NCBI RefSeq assembly: GCF_001194135.2
Contig: NC_069001.1
Location: 33,005,979 to 33,069,978 of the forward strand
Direction: 5' to 3'
Source: Octopus bimaculoides
Lineage: Eukaryota
Length of the DNA stretch: 64,000 nt
Shown piece after piece: positions 63,451-64,000 of this stretch; the stretch's first letter is position 1; every line of letters begins with the position of its first letter. Under the pieces are notes generated by a model, which made no database searches, was not told the origin of the DNA, and saw only the letters and a program-made list of their open reading frames with translations. The translations under genes and the position numbers were made by a program.

Positions 63451-64000
63451 GACCTCCCCTTGCAAATACTAATCGGACACAGACTATGTGTTGTTAGCCA
63501 GCTGGAGGAGATATCTTCCGGGGACTATAAACAACAGTAGCGTTGTCCTGTGTAGGAAGCCACACTTACTTGGCAAATATTTGTTATGATTCCGTACCGC
63601 TACTGTTTATATCTCACTCAGAGATGGGATGATGATGTCTGTTTGCATACAAATCTAAGGAAATGGATAAAGTGTACTGGATTGAGAAGGTTAAGAATTT
63701 GGAGGGAGAGGATGGGGAGGTAAAGAATCAGGTGTCAGGGTGTATTTAAGAGTTTTAGCGGTGGATGGAATTGGTAGTATATGATCTTGAACAAATGAGT
63801 GGTATGAAAATAATAATATACGTACATAGACACACAAACATAGATATATATACTTATCTGTGTGTGTGTGTGGAGAGAGAGAGAGAGAGAGAGAGAGAAA
63901 GAAAGAGAAAGAGTGAGAGCTGTAAACATATAGCTATGTTTGTATGTGTATGTACATATGTGTTTGTATGTGTATGTACATATGTGTGTGTATATACATG

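Noticed and set aside
54087-64000. Search for KCNH exon 5 (S1 region)
   Set aside because: No acceptor followed by an open phase-0 frame with channel-like sequence was found; the gene presumably continues beyond the window.

Overview
Eukaryotic, AT-rich, repeat-dense genomic DNA with three N-gaps; the SINE/RTE/MITE repertoire points to an octopus (coleoid cephalopod) scaffold (inference from recalled repeat sequences, not a database search). The only host gene I can support is the 5' part of a KCNH (ether-a-go-go family, probably Elk subfamily) potassium channel on the + strand. It has four coding exons with consistent GT-AG boundaries and phases (7443-7518, 43792-44019, 45644-45769, 53950-54086), encoding a divergent PAS-cap, a PAS domain and a basic linker. 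The transmembrane exons were not found and presumably lie beyond the window. Intron 1 is about 36 kb. The rest is transposon debris: several tRNA-SINE families, RTE, CR1-like and L1/Tx1 LINE pieces, Penelope-like fragments, Tc1/mariner, pogo/Tigger, hAT, Helitron and MITEs, plus microsatellites. Best leads: a minimal hammerhead-ribozyme motif in a Penelope-like insertion lying sense in intron 1, the non-canonical channel N-terminus, an ORF1-only (HAL1-like) L1/Tx1 element, and inverted SINE pairs bracketing frame-symmetric PAS exons. TE coordinates are approximate unless TIR/TSD ends are given.
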